A stretch of 61,424 nucleotides of DNA from a virus (lineage: Duplodnaviria > Caudoviricetes), in the IMG/VR virus record IMGVR_UViG_3300028840_003815, positions 1 to 61,424 of that record; one strand, given 5' to 3'. Both the position numbers and the translations under genes were made by a program. Below, piece after piece: positions 17,863 through 27,047 of the stretch. Under the pieces are notes generated by a model. That model worked only from the letters and a program-made list of their open reading frames with translations, did not search any database and was not told where the DNA came from. Numbering within the stretch: position 1 is the stretch's first letter; every line of letters starts with the position of its first letter.

Positions 17863-18242
17863 TTTTTAAACTCCTCAATATCTTTGTATAATTCGTTAAT
17901 AAATTCTTTCCTGTCTTCTACATCCCATTCCCAAAAGAAATCATATTTCCGGGAATAACAGCGATCTTTATCATGGGTTGTCTTTGCGAAAATCTTCCAT
18001 AAGTCTTTCTTTTTCATTTCAAAAAACTCCTGTTTCACTTCATTGAAAAGTTGTTTTTCAAATGTTCTGAATTGGTTATGTCTCATATCAAGCTGGTCTT
18101 CCAGGTCATCTAAATCAACATCTTTGAAGTGTTTTTTATTAAAATAGATTTCTTCAATGTCTGCTGTAAGTCTCTTGATTTCCTTTATGATATAATCTCT
18201 TGCTGATTTTTTGAAGGCTCTGGAGAACTGGGCTTTGTCCAT
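17859..18242 (-). CDS. hypothetical protein
   Basis: RBS; coupling. Confidence 0.7.
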   Translation of the reverse strand: MDKAQFSRAFKKSARDYIIKEIKRLTADIEEIYFNKKHFKDVDLDDLEDQLDMRHNQFRTFEKQLFNEVKQEFFEMKKKDLWKIFAKTTHDKDRCYSRKYDFFWEWDVEDRKEFINELYKDIEEFKK

Positions 18243-18254
18243 GTCTTTTCCTTC

Positions 18255-18458
18255 CTAAATTAAATCAAGCGCTGTGAAATAAATTTTTGATTTCAAATCA
18301 TTAAATTCATTTAAAATCATGTCAATAATTTCATCTTCTTCAAATTCTTCTGCCAATTCTTCATGGAAAAGAGTTGAATCAATAAGTCGAATTTCGGATA
18401 ACAGTCGCTTTAAAGCCTTTGCTTTAACTATTTTTTTTATCTCATTGTCTATACTCAT
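18255..18458 (-). CDS. hypothetical acidic protein
   Basis: RBS after hairpin. Confidence 0.65.
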   Translation of the reverse strand: MSIDNEIKKIVKAKALKRLLSEIRLIDSTLFHEELAEEFEEDEIIDMILNEFNDLKSKIYFTALDLI

Positions 18459-18511
18459 GTCTTTTCCCTTCCTGTTTAAGCCGGGATACTTCCCGGCTAT
18501 GTGGTTAAAAT

Positions 18512-19072
18512 TTATGACGAAATTGAATCGATATAGCTAATTTCATCATAATCGAAAATCAAATCCGCTAAATTCTCTGGTATCTTTGAGTTTTCAAATT
18601 GGATTACAATAGAGTCAAACACATTTTGATCTTTAAATTTATGCAGATGTTCTAAGATTTCTGCTTTTGTTCCGGTAAAACTTTTACCAGAATAAAAGCA
18701 AACAAACAGTTGTTCGTGATATGGAATACATGAACTTAATGCCCATGTTTTTTCTTTTATTTTATTTGGAATGATGACATTAATACGTTTCGAGTCAATA
18801 ATATTTGTAACAAGTCCAATTGCCCCTGAGTGCTTGTTTTTAACAATTGAACCAAGTCGAATTTTGTTGACATTGTAAGCCATTAGCGTGGGGCTGTTGT
18901 TATCGTAACCGCCAATTGATACAAATTCGATATTGTTCCAAATATCGAATTTTCTCTTGAACTTCTTACCTTTTTTATCTGTAAATATTATAAATTTTTT
19001 AGTGCGACCTGTTACTGTAAACGTTTCTGCATCTGATTTATACCCTCTGCATACATGGAATCTTCTAATCAT
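18512..19072 (-). CDS. hypothetical protein; N-terminus resembles the N-terminus of 20944..22359
   Basis: F.V..RT.KF.......K.....E.V..G.Y...P.L.A. Confidence 0.65.
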   Translation of the reverse strand: MIRRFHVCRGYKSDAETFTVTGRTKKFIIFTDKKGKKFKRKFDIWNNIEFVSIGGYDNNSPTLMAYNVNKIRLGSIVKNKHSGAIGLVTNIIDSKRINVIIPNKIKEKTWALSSCIPYHEQLFVCFYSGKSFTGTKAEILEHLHKFKDQNVFDSIVIQFENSKIPENLADLIFDYDEISYIDSISS

Positions 19073-19120
19073 TTCTTTCTCCTTTGTTTAAGCCCGGCCG
19101 GAGCCGAGCTTGGGATGGTG

Positions 19121-19402
19121 TTATGGATAACAAATTGGAATATTATACCTAATCTCTCTAAATTTTTCCAGGGCTTCTTGCTCTTCTATCGCATCGCCAC
19201 TTAGAGAATTATTCTTGCTTCGATAGCAGCAGGTGTTCCCATTAAATGCAATAAAGAATATGTAACAATCTGAATCGTTTTCATACCAAGGAGCTTCTAC
19301 TGAAAACATTTTCTTGCTTGATTTTTTCATTCCATCCTCAATTGAGGATATGTTAGCTTGAAAACCTTTCCCCATTGTTCCGTTATAAATCCACGCTTTC
19401 AT
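19121..19402 (-). CDS. hypothetical protein
   Basis: RBS after conserved hairpin. Confidence 0.7.
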   Translation of the reverse strand: MKAWIYNGTMGKGFQANISSIEDGMKKSSKKMFSVEAPWYENDSDCYIFFIAFNGNTCCYRSKNNSLSGDAIEEQEALEKFREIRYNIPICYP

Positions 19403-19446
19403 GATTCCCCCCTTTATTTAAGCCCGACCGGAGCCGGGCTTGAGTT

Positions 19447-19878
19447 TCAATAATCTAATTTAATCCCCCCCAATACAGATGCAAGAGCAAGGAAGTCAAT
19501 TGTTTCAGATGTTTTTAATATCTCAATTGCCCTTTCCTTTAATATTTCTTGTATCTCACGCCCCCCCTCATACCACCCAGGGATGGGTTTTAACCATTCC
19601 AATGCAGCGATATTAAAATAGTCGCTTTGGATGCCTTTGTTATATCCCCCATTTCTGAGAGACTCTAAACAGATGTTTTTCAGTTCTTCTGGAAAACATG
19701 AACGTTCTCCGCCAAATTTTTTTCTCAATTGTGTTGCCGGGTCTTTTATATATGTTGCGTTTTCGTTTAAAATTATTTTTATTGAGAAACCTTCTGTTAC
19801 AGTCCCAGAAATCCATGCGTAAATGCACGGTGTCGATTCCAATGTTATCCGGATTTTAATTCTTTCATTCATAATCAT
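19447..19878 (-). CDS. hypothetical protein
   Basis: RBS after conserved hairpin. Confidence 0.7.
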   Translation of the reverse strand: MIMNERIKIRITLESTPCIYAWISGTVTEGFSIKIILNENATYIKDPATQLRKKFGGERSCFPEELKNICLESLRNGGYNKGIQSDYFNIAALEWLKPIPGWYEGGREIQEILKERAIEILKTSETIDFLALASVLGGIKLDY

Positions 19879-19926
19879 AAAAATTCCCCTTTATTTAAGC
19901 CCGACCGGAGCCGGGCTTGATTAATG

Positions 19927-20307
19927 TTAGTATTCGCCCTCAATCTCTGATTCAATGGCACTTACCCAGTCAGAGATGCTTTCTTCCCGGTGCTGGGCAT
20001 TGACTTCTTCTATAAAGTCCTCTTCTGAGGACCATTTATCATCTTCAGCGATGTCTGTATCCCCATCGCCCTTGATGTTCCATTCTAAGGAATCAGTCGC
20101 AATTATCCCCAATCCAATGAAGTATTCTCCGATTTGTGGCCGGTAGGCGTTCCCTGGGGGAGTTCCTACTGAGATTTCAATTCCCTTTGTTTCAGAGTCA
20201 TAAAAGACTCTGGCTGTTGGTTCGAGATCATCTTTGCATGACTCAACGATTACGAAATTTGTATCTTTAAGTGCTGCTTCCAGTGCTGCTTTAATTTTTT
20301 CTCTCAT
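19927..20307 (-). CDS. highly acidic early protein
   Basis: First gene after promoter cassette 4; D/E-rich. Confidence 0.75.
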   Translation of the reverse strand: MREKIKAALEAALKDTNFVIVESCKDDLEPTARVFYDSETKGIEISVGTPPGNAYRPQIGEYFIGLGIIATDSLEWNIKGDGDTDIAEDDKWSSEEDFIEEVNAQHREESISDWVSAIESEIEGEY

Positions 20308-20324
20308 AATTTTTTCTCCATGTT

Positions 20325-20408
20325 GAATTGGTTAATGATTCTCTTTTATAGGATTCAGGTTAGTCTGTCAAGAAAATAATTAGTAATTTATAATTTATTT
20401 TCTTGACT
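20325..20408 (-). promoter_or_regulatory. early promoter cassette copy 4 with upstream palindrome
   Basis: Leader 20325-20337, TTGACA 20366-20371, gtcaagaaaataatt..atttattttcttgac. Confidence 0.8.
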
Positions 20409-20418
20409 ATCTGATTTA

Positions 20419-20799
20419 TTAGATAAATTTGACTAACAGATATTTATACCCGTCAATCTCAATCACCCCTTCATGTACTTCTTCAGAAGTCAATGACCAG
20501 TCTCCCCTGCTCATGATTGCCCGGCCTTTTTGGGCTTCAGATACGATAAAGCTCTTTAAGTCTTCCATGTTGATTCCTTTCAAGTGTTTATACAATGTTG
20601 AAATTTCCAAAAAAGAAAAATCTTTTTTTGCCTGATTGTAAGCATCAACAATGGTTTCTCTGTTTGGTGTTGTCTTCACCTGGATTACTTTGTTTCCGTT
20701 CCATGTCTCTATATTGCCATTTATAATTACTGTGAAATTAATTTCATCGACATCAATAACTTTTCCGATTTTTTTGGTTTCTGTATTCATAACTTTCAT
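20419..20799 (-). CDS. hypothetical early protein (likely start 20799)
   Basis: GGGAG RBS after promoter cassette 5. Confidence 0.7.
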   Translation of the reverse strand: MKVMNTETKKIGKVIDVDEINFTVIINGNIETWNGNKVIQVKTTPNRETIVDAYNQAKKDFSFLEISTLYKHLKGINMEDLKSFIVSEAQKGRAIMSRGDWSLTSEEVHEGVIEIDGYKYLLVKFI

Positions 20800-20814
20800 T
20801 GTTTTCTCCCTGTT

Positions 20815-20865
20815 GAATTGGTTAATGTTAAGTAAGGTTATATATGAAAGTTGAAACATTGTCAA
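20815..20865 (-). promoter_or_regulatory. early promoter cassette copy 5
   Basis: TTGACA-17-TATAAC plus conserved leader. Confidence 0.85.
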
Positions 20866-20943
20866 TAACTTTTTTCAAAAAGAATATAAAAATGTAAAAG
20901 ATTTTTTATTGACCGGCTTTTATGCCGGTCAACTTTAGGTTAT

Positions 20944-22359
20944 TCATAGTAGCAAAAATTTCAATTCTTTTTTACAACGCCTGATGTTTGCAGCGTTGTT
21001 TGCCAACTCATATGCCGGAAAGCCTTCATATAGTCGGGCTTCAGAGAAGGACTTGACTTGATTTTCAGTCAATCCCAATTCAGCAATAGCCGCTCGTTTC
21101 TCATCTGATGAGATTGGTTTTCTGCAAATTTTGTTTACAGACTTTAAGAATTGCTGTCTTTCCTCCATTGCAGCAATTTTGTCTTGCATTTTAGGTATTG
21201 CATCCGGGTCATCTGATGATATTGACAGATTAGACCGGGCGTTCACGGTCTTAGAATCGTAGATAATATGGCTGCCTTCACTATACGGAATCACTTCAGC
21301 AGACTTCCTGTCCGCTTCATAAAGTTCTGATGACATGTCAGCGGCTTCAACTGATTTCAGTTTAAAATAATCAGCTTTGTCAGATTGTCTCTGTTCATAT
21401 TTATTAAGTTCCATCAAGCCTGCATTTGTCTTGATTGTCAGGGGTGCTGGATTTTCTTCTATCAATGAAGATACCGCTTCTTGCTGTTCATCTGTCAGGC
21501 TGCCAACCAGTTCTTTGTATGTTTCAAGAATTTCCGTTTCTGATTCATTGATTTCCGGTTCTGCGGTGGATGTTTCAGGCGGTACGTTTAAGCTGTTTAT
21601 TTCAGAAATTATCAAATCAGGATTATCATTAAGAAATTGTATACGTTCCGAGGTGTCCATTTGCTCAAACTGCCATAATGTTTCACATGTATACTCAATC
21701 GGAAACATATCTGTATCAATTTCGTAAACGCCGTCTATTATGCTAACGCCGTTATTGTCGGTTTTTGCTGTCTTATATCTCAAAATGTCATTTTTTGAGA
21801 TATTGTGATAATTCAGATCGTTAAAATTTTGACCGAAACTTGTAAACTCAAGAGTAAACTCCCCTGGTTTCCAATATCCTATTATATCAGGTTCACCGTC
21901 CAGTTTGACTGCGATAAAATGCCTTTGTTCATTCCCACCGATTATAAAGTTATATCCTGGAAATCTGTTTTCAATGAGATTGAGAGCATGACTGCCAATA
22001 ATTGTGATTTCAGTTTCATGCGGTTTTGACTCAATAATCATGGGGGGGTAAAAATTTTCCAGTTCAGGAGTTTCAATGATTTCTGTTGTTTCTTCTGTTA
22101 TTTCTTCTGTCATCCAGTCTGGTTTTAAAACTTTTGTGTCGGTAGCGAAAAGTACAGGACACATTGAATAATGACCTGCTGGAAAACAATATTCAGCATC
22201 ATCTCTATCCTTATGAATTTTCACTCTTTTTTCTTCGCCTCGTTCATTCTGTAATGTTACGAAACATTTAGTCGTTTTTATTACTGTGTATTTAAAAATA
22301 CAATTGTGATCGCAAGCTGAACTGGTAAAGTATGTTTTTCCGATTTCAAATTTTGTCAT
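20944..22359 (-). CDS. multidomain early protein with C-terminal DUF3560-like region
   Basis: YEQRQ.....ISSDDPDAI..M..KI...E..Q...K.VN...GFPAYELANN.ANIRR. Confidence 0.7.
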   Translation of the reverse strand: MTKFEIGKTYFTSSACDHNCIFKYTVIKTTKCFVTLQNERGEEKRVKIHKDRDDAEYCFPAGHYSMCPVLFATDTKVLKPDWMTEEITEETTEIIETPELENFYPPMIIESKPHETEITIIGSHALNLIENRFPGYNFIIGGNEQRHFIAVKLDGEPDIIGYWKPGEFTLEFTSFGQNFNDLNYHNISKNDILRYKTAKTDNNGVSIIDGVYEIDTDMFPIEYTCETLWQFEQMDTSERIQFLNDNPDLIISEINSLNVPPETSTAEPEINESETEILETYKELVGSLTDEQQEAVSSLIEENPAPLTIKTNAGLMELNKYEQRQSDKADYFKLKSVEAADMSSELYEADRKSAEVIPYSEGSHIIYDSKTVNARSNLSISSDDPDAIPKMQDKIAAMEERQQFLKSVNKICRKPISSDEKRAAIAELGLTENQVKSFSEARLYEGFPAYELANNAANIRRCKKELKFLLL

Positions 22360-22376
22360 GATTGTTTTCTCCTTGT

Positions 22377-22427
22377 GAATTGGTTAATGTTGAGTAAGGT
22401 TATATAGGATTCAGTTTAATCTGTCAA
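22377..22427 (-). promoter_or_regulatory. early promoter cassette copy 6
   Basis: TTGACA-17-TATAAC plus leader. Confidence 0.85.
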
Positions 22428-22450
22428 GAAAATAATTAGTAATTTATAAT

Positions 22451-22918
22451 TTATTTTGTTTGAGTAATAAGAACCTGTAAAACTTCGCCATTCTGCATTA
22501 CTAATCCTGCATCAGCCTTTATAATCCCGTCATGCGGAATATATCCGTAGCGGGTTAAGTCTTCATCTTTCCATATCGGCCTAAAAACTTCTTTTGTTAC
22601 CAGCATGCTGCAAACATGATGCCGGATAACCAGCATTGGTTCACCTTCTTTATTTACATAGTGCCATGCTGCGTGGCAGGCTGCGGTAAAATTACCTGTA
22701 TTACTTCTCCATTCTTTTATTTTTGCTTTTCTTTTCTTATCTACATCACCAATTTTATTTATTATTTCAATATTAAAGTTTCCAAAATTTTCTTTTTCTT
22801 CCTTTGCCATTTTCAGACACATGGCCCAAGAAATTTCCATTACTTTACAGTTGTATTTTTTTGCTGCTTCTCTTCTGATTTTCCATGCTTTCTTAATTAA
22901 TACTGATGTGAATTTCAT
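22451..22918 (-). CDS. hypothetical early protein
   Basis: IKKAWKI....CLKMA N-terminal helical motif; follows cassette 7. Confidence 0.7.
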   Translation of the reverse strand: MKFTSVLIKKAWKIRREAAKKYNCKVMEISWAMCLKMAKEEKENFGNFNIEIINKIGDVDKKRKAKIKEWRSNTGNFTAACHAAWHYVNKEGEPMLVIRHHVCSMLVTKEVFRPIWKDEDLTRYGYIPHDGIIKADAGLVMQNGEVLQVLITQTK

Positions 22919-22931
22919 TGTTTTTTCCTGT

Positions 22932-22982
22932 GAATTGGTTAATGTTGAGTAGTCTTATACAGGAGGCTTGAAATAATGTCAA
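22932..22982 (-). promoter_or_regulatory. early promoter cassette copy 7
   Basis: TTGACA-17-TATAAG plus leader. Confidence 0.85.
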
Positions 22983-23064
22983 TAGCTTTTTTCAAAAAGA
23001 ATATAAAAAAAGCCCGTTATTTTTATAACGGGCTTTTTTTATTACTTAATCAGTAGCTTTTTTT

Positions 23065-23250
23065 TTACAAATTACCTTCTTGAAAAACAAGGCCGGGCTT
23101 TGTTGCGTCTATTTCTTCAATATAATATTCAATCTCAGAGAGAATATCTTCTAATTCCGCTATTTTTAGAGCGGCAGTCTCATTCTCTGCGGTTATGATA
23201 TAAACTTGTTGCCTGTTCCAATGATGAACTACCAAAGCAAAAATTTTCAT
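23065..23250 (-). CDS. small protein (ITAENETAA motif)
   Basis: ORF; GGAG RBS. Confidence 0.65.
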   Translation of the reverse strand: MKIFALVVHHWNRQQVYIITAENETAALKIAELEDILSEIEYYIEEIDATKPGLVFQEGNL

Positions 23251-23256
23251 AATATT

Positions 23257-23760
23257 TCACTCCCACATATAACGTAAATGTTTATATGGCATTATCCAGA
23301 AATGACGATCAAGGATTTCACGGCATAAGCTAATCAAAAGTTCATAATCTTCTTTATTTTCAAAATTAAATGGCTGCCAATCTGAAGACTCAATAATTAT
23401 TAAAAAGAGTCTGCATTCAAGCTTGTTGTATATCCATTCTATATTGCCATACTTTGAAAATGCTGTTACTTCTTCAGAACAACCGTAAGATGTTAATGTA
23501 TGATTTAAAAATTCATTACAATCATCACAAAAAGTAGTTGAATCGCTTTCATATCCAAAACCCTCCATTAAATAAAATGTTTCATCAGGAAAAGTTTTTT
23601 CTAACATCTGTATCTTTTTTATTACACAATCTTTGCAATAATTTAAGCCTTGATCTACATCCCCACCAGCAAGCCAATAGTCATCAAGCAAACGTTCACC
23701 TTGACTGTTTAAATACCATTCCAACCTGCTTTTTTCAAGTTCTGACAATTCACATTTCAT
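23257..23760 (-). CDS. hypothetical protein with CxxC pairs
   Basis: GGAGG RBS; coupled to the amidase. Confidence 0.7.
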   Translation of the reverse strand: MKCELSELEKSRLEWYLNSQGERLLDDYWLAGGDVDQGLNYCKDCVIKKIQMLEKTFPDETFYLMEGFGYESDSTTFCDDCNEFLNHTLTSYGCSEEVTAFSKYGNIEWIYNKLECRLFLIIIESSDWQPFNFENKEDYELLISLCREILDRHFWIMPYKHLRYMWE

Positions 23761-24278
23761 ATTACCTCCGCAATCTTATCGATGGCTCTGCCGTAAGCTT
23801 CAGCCAGAGCTTCAATGTTATCCTGAGCTGTCTTTAAATCTTTGTTATTGTCGATAAAAAAAGATTCTGCAATAACGCATGGGGCTTTTGTATGCTTCAG
23901 AAGATAACCGCCCCTGTCTTTTTCAGTTTTGGGCTTGATTCCCCTGTCAGCAAGCCCCAAGCAGTTTACAATTTCATTTTGCAGAATTTCAGCCATTTGA
24001 CGGCCTTTTTCAGAGCCATGATAATATAGCATTTCCGTCCCGGATGCCTTTTTATTGAAGGCATTACAATGCAATTCAATGATAAAATCCGGCCTCATTC
24101 TATTTGCTTCCAATGGAAGTGATTTATATGATGTCCGGTAATACGGACGAATACAATTATTTGACGGTGTTCTCCATGCCAGATTATCATTAAATTCAAA
24201 CTCCGATATACCTGAATTTGAGTTTATGGCCCCGGGTGATTTTTCTGTATGTCCAATTATCAATAAACATTTCTTCAT
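23757..24278 (-). CDS. N-acetylmuramoyl-L-alanine amidase (Amidase_3), putative endolysin
   Basis: IIGH...GA....SE..FN, ELHCNA....ASGTE, DRGIK, LL..T.AP.V..E.FFIDN. Confidence 0.92.
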   Translation of the reverse strand: MKKCLLIIGHTEKSPGAINSNSGISEFEFNDNLAWRTPSNNCIRPYYRTSYKSLPLEANRMRPDFIIELHCNAFNKKASGTEMLYYHGSEKGRQMAEILQNEIVNCLGLADRGIKPKTEKDRGGYLLKHTKAPCVIAESFFIDNNKDLKTAQDNIEALAEAYGRAIDKIAEVI

Positions 24279-24423
24279 TTTGTCTCCTTCCATTTTAAGA
24301 ATTTTTGTTTAGTATTTTCAGCCTTTATATAAACTTTCAATACTTGCTTAATAAATCTTTTTATACCGACTGAGCCAGCTAACTCAGTCAATTTTTTATG
24401 ATCTTTGTCTGCAATTTCAAGTA

Positions 24424-24699
24424 TTACCTTTTTGATTTCTTAACTCCTTCCCAGTTTTGGATTTCAAGTATTTTCCCCAGTTGAATTGCATAGCAGTCTT
24501 TTATCTTTATGCCTTTAAATTCAACACTCATGAACGGCCTGTCCTTGCCGTATCCGTTCCGAAAATGGATAATGTCATAGTCTCTATCTTTAAGCCTAGA
24601 ATCCCAATACGGCTTAATCTCTCTGTATTCTTCAGTTTTTTGACCTGTTGCAATTAGATCAAACCATTTCCGATGTAATGTCAGGTGTAAAATTTTCAT
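24424..24699 (-). CDS. ASCH-domain protein
   Basis: LHLTL..KWFDLI..G.K.EEYRE.KPYW..RL..F.NGY. Confidence 0.85.
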   Translation of the reverse strand: MKILHLTLHRKWFDLIATGQKTEEYREIKPYWDSRLKDRDYDIIHFRNGYGKDRPFMSVEFKGIKIKDCYAIQLGKILEIQNWEGVKKSKR

Positions 24700-24874
24700 T
24701 ATCTCTCCTGTTCAGTGTAAATTTTCCCATCTGATTCTTTTATCATAGAAGCTTCTTCTTTATTCCACAAGTAACCTGTAAGGATGTCTATTATTTCATC
24801 CCTTTCTTTTGAACACATAAGAGACAGAATATTAACGGCGTTAAAGACAATTGTATATTCATTTTTTTGTGATC

Positions 24875-25111
24875 TCATTTTTTCTCCAATCTATTACAAT
24901 ACATTAACCTGTTATTCTTTCTGATTCTTTTGTTTTTCGCATATGAAAGTTTAATTTTGGGCTGCTTTACCGGATAGCCAGCCGGAGGTATTGAACTTGG
25001 TTTATGTTTAGAAAATATTGGTTTTTCCATATCTTCTAATATTTCAATAGTTTCGCTGAAAGATTTTAAATACCAAAAATCTTCTTCTGTAAAATATTCA
25101 TATTTTTTCAT
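24875..25111 (-). CDS. hypothetical protein
   Basis: GGAG RBS. Confidence 0.55.
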   Translation of the reverse strand: MKKYEYFTEEDFWYLKSFSETIEILEDMEKPIFSKHKPSSIPPAGYPVKQPKIKLSYAKNKRIRKNNRLMYCNRLEKK

Positions 25112-25121
25112 ACCACTCCAC

Positions 25122-25382
25122 CTAAATCGCTGAAACTACGCATTTTATTTTTTCTATCGGAACATTACCTTCATTCCAATAAGCATCACCGAACTGATTA
25201 TGATGATCTGGTAATTTATGCGGGTTCCCGGCTTCGATTTCATAGATAATTTTCCGGCCTGTTTTCATACTCCAAAACATGGCAGCTTGCAGTGTTGTGA
25301 ACCCCCGCACTGGGGATTTAATAAAGCCGACCTGCTGGTATCTTTTGGCTTTTTTTGGGGTTGTGGCGTGATATAGTTTCAT
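25122..25382 (-). CDS. small protein with LYHAT motif (ADP-ribosyltransferase-like fold possible)
   Basis: MKLYHATT...GFI...VRGFTT...A. Confidence 0.55.
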   Translation of the reverse strand: MKLYHATTPKKAKRYQQVGFIKSPVRGFTTLQAAMFWSMKTGRKIIYEIEAGNPHKLPDHHNQFGDAYWNEGNVPIEKIKCVVSAI

Positions 25383-25608
25383 ATCTTTTCCCTGAATATT
25401 TGAGTGCATATCTAAGCGACTCCGATACGTTTAGAGATAGGCCGGAGACGCTCAAATTCAGTCTTTGTATGTCTTGATATATAGCCAGTCCTTAAACCTA
25501 TTTAACGCATATATCAATAAAGATTTTATCTGTACCTGGAAATTCATTCATACAAGAAATAATAAAAGGTGTATAATCATACTTATTTGCATGAAATATT
25601 TTTCAAGA

Positions 25609-25839
25609 TCAAGCTCGTGGGCTGTGGATATTATCATAAAAAAACTTTTTAGAGCAATATAGGAAAAGGTTTGTACAGATTCCACAATTGAACACCCTTC
25701 CGCAATAATCACATTTACTCTTCTCTATTTTTTTTATAATTTCCTTAACAGATAATTCTTTCATTCTGCCTCCAATATTGTTTTTTTCAATATCCATATC
25801 TGACAATATTTTATTGAATAGGTCTTTTGCTTTACTCAT
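25609..25839 (-). CDS. hypothetical protein with CDYC..CGIC
   Basis: Coupled to the repeat protein. Confidence 0.5.
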   Translation of the reverse strand: MSKAKDLFNKILSDMDIEKNNIGGRMKELSVKEIIKKIEKSKCDYCGRVFNCGICTNLFLYCSKKFFYDNIHSPRA

Positions 25840-26306
25840 TTCTTATTAGCTTCATACCAAGCTTTGCTTCGTGCTTTTATCTTATCCTTATTAGCCTCAT
25901 AGTAAGTTTTTGCTTTATCCTTATTAGCCTCATAGTAAGTTTTTGCTTTATCCTTATTAGCCTCATAATAAGCTTTTGCTTTATCCTTATTAGCCTCATA
26001 ATAAGCTTTTGCTTTATCCTTATTAGCCTCATAATAAGCTTTCTTCCGTGCTTTTATCTTATCCTTATTAGCCTCATAGTAAGTTTTTGCTTTATCCTTA
26101 TTAGCTTCATAGTAAGTTTTTGCTTTATCCTTATTAGCCTCATAATAAGCTTTATTGTAAGCTTTTGCTTTATCCTTATTAGCCTCATAATAAGCTTTTG
26201 CTTTATCCTTATTAGCCTCATAATAAGCTTTCTTCCGTGCTTTTATCTTATCCTTATTAGCCTCATAATAAGCTTTGTTTTTTGCTTTGCGTTCTTCTGG
26301 TGTCAT
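25836..26306 (-). CDS. tandem-repeat basic protein (KAYYEANKDKA)n
   Basis: About 12 near-identical 33/42-nt coding repeats. Confidence 0.75.
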   Translation of the reverse strand: MTPEERKAKNKAYYEANKDKIKARKKAYYEANKDKAKAYYEANKDKAKAYNKAYYEANKDKAKTYYEANKDKAKTYYEANKDKIKARKKAYYEANKDKAKAYYEANKDKAKAYYEANKDKAKTYYEANKDKAKTYYEANKDKIKARSKAWYEANKK

Positions 26307-26420
26307 GATCTTTATCTTTCTTATTAAGCGTAACAGATACGAGCTATCTGATTAATGACAGACTTTCAGCAGCACTGGTTATGCCGGTATATATCATATT
26401 GATATGGATTCTCTGAGCTT

Positions 26421-26993
26421 TTATGACTTGTTACAGCTTTGCAAGCTTATAAACTGTTTGATTGTCAGCATATTATCATATTTTTTTCTGTTCTTCTTTG
26501 TTTTTATATATTCCTTCTGTTTGCCGGGTCTATGTTTTCTTATAAAATCAGGTGCGAAAGTTTCTTTAAAAAAAATATCTGGAATTATTTTATATATATA
26601 TATTCCATACTTATCATAAACCCATTTTTGATTTATAATAAAATCTCTTCCATCTCCATTTCTTGTATAAGAACCTTTTATATCTACAAAAATATTTGTA
26701 GTATCAGGATGAAATACAGTATTAAATAAATGAGTATTTAATTTAAAATTCCAGTCTGCTGTGTAATGATGGCTTGATAAAAGTACTCTTTTTATTGTTT
26801 TTTCTTTTTCTTCTTGTCGAACTTTAGTTTTATATTTTTTGATGATAGAAATAAATTGTTTATCTGATAACAAAAATGATTCAGGCTGATAAATTGAATT
26901 TGAAATCAGATCGGCCTGCTCGCATTCTTTAAGCCAATGAAAGAATACTAACTCCTCAAAAGAGGAGTAATTATGAGTTAAAATTTTTGCCAT
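26421..26993 (-). CDS. PD-(D/E)xK endonuclease (DUF1064-like)
   Basis: YSS.EE...F..L....YTAD.....VDIKG. Confidence 0.7.
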   Translation of the reverse strand: MAKILTHNYSSFEELVFFHWLKECEQADLISNSIYQPESFLLSDKQFISIIKKYKTKVRQEEKEKTIKRVLLSSHHYTADWNFKLNTHLFNTVFHPDTTNIFVDIKGSYTRNGDGRDFIINQKWVYDKYGIYIYKIIPDIFFKETFAPDFIRKHRPGKQKEYIKTKKNRKKYDNMLTIKQFISLQSCNKS

Positions 26994-27018
26994 TTATAGC
27001 TTTCCTTTGTCTGTTTTA

Positions 27019-27041
27019 TGCCGGGAATTATTCCCGGCATT
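27019..27041. terminator. GCCGGG/CCCGGC hairpin
   Basis: atgccgggaattattcccggcat. Confidence 0.6.
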
Positions 27042-27047
27042 GATTAT

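Noticed and set aside
25836-26306. Possible CRISPR array
   Set aside because: Repeats are contiguous, in-frame multiples of 3 with no unique spacers; no cas genes.
25827-26327. Hydrophobic + strand repeat ORF (also 41221..41559 on the minus strand)
   Set aside because: Antisense translation of Lys/Glu/Tyr-rich repeat genes.
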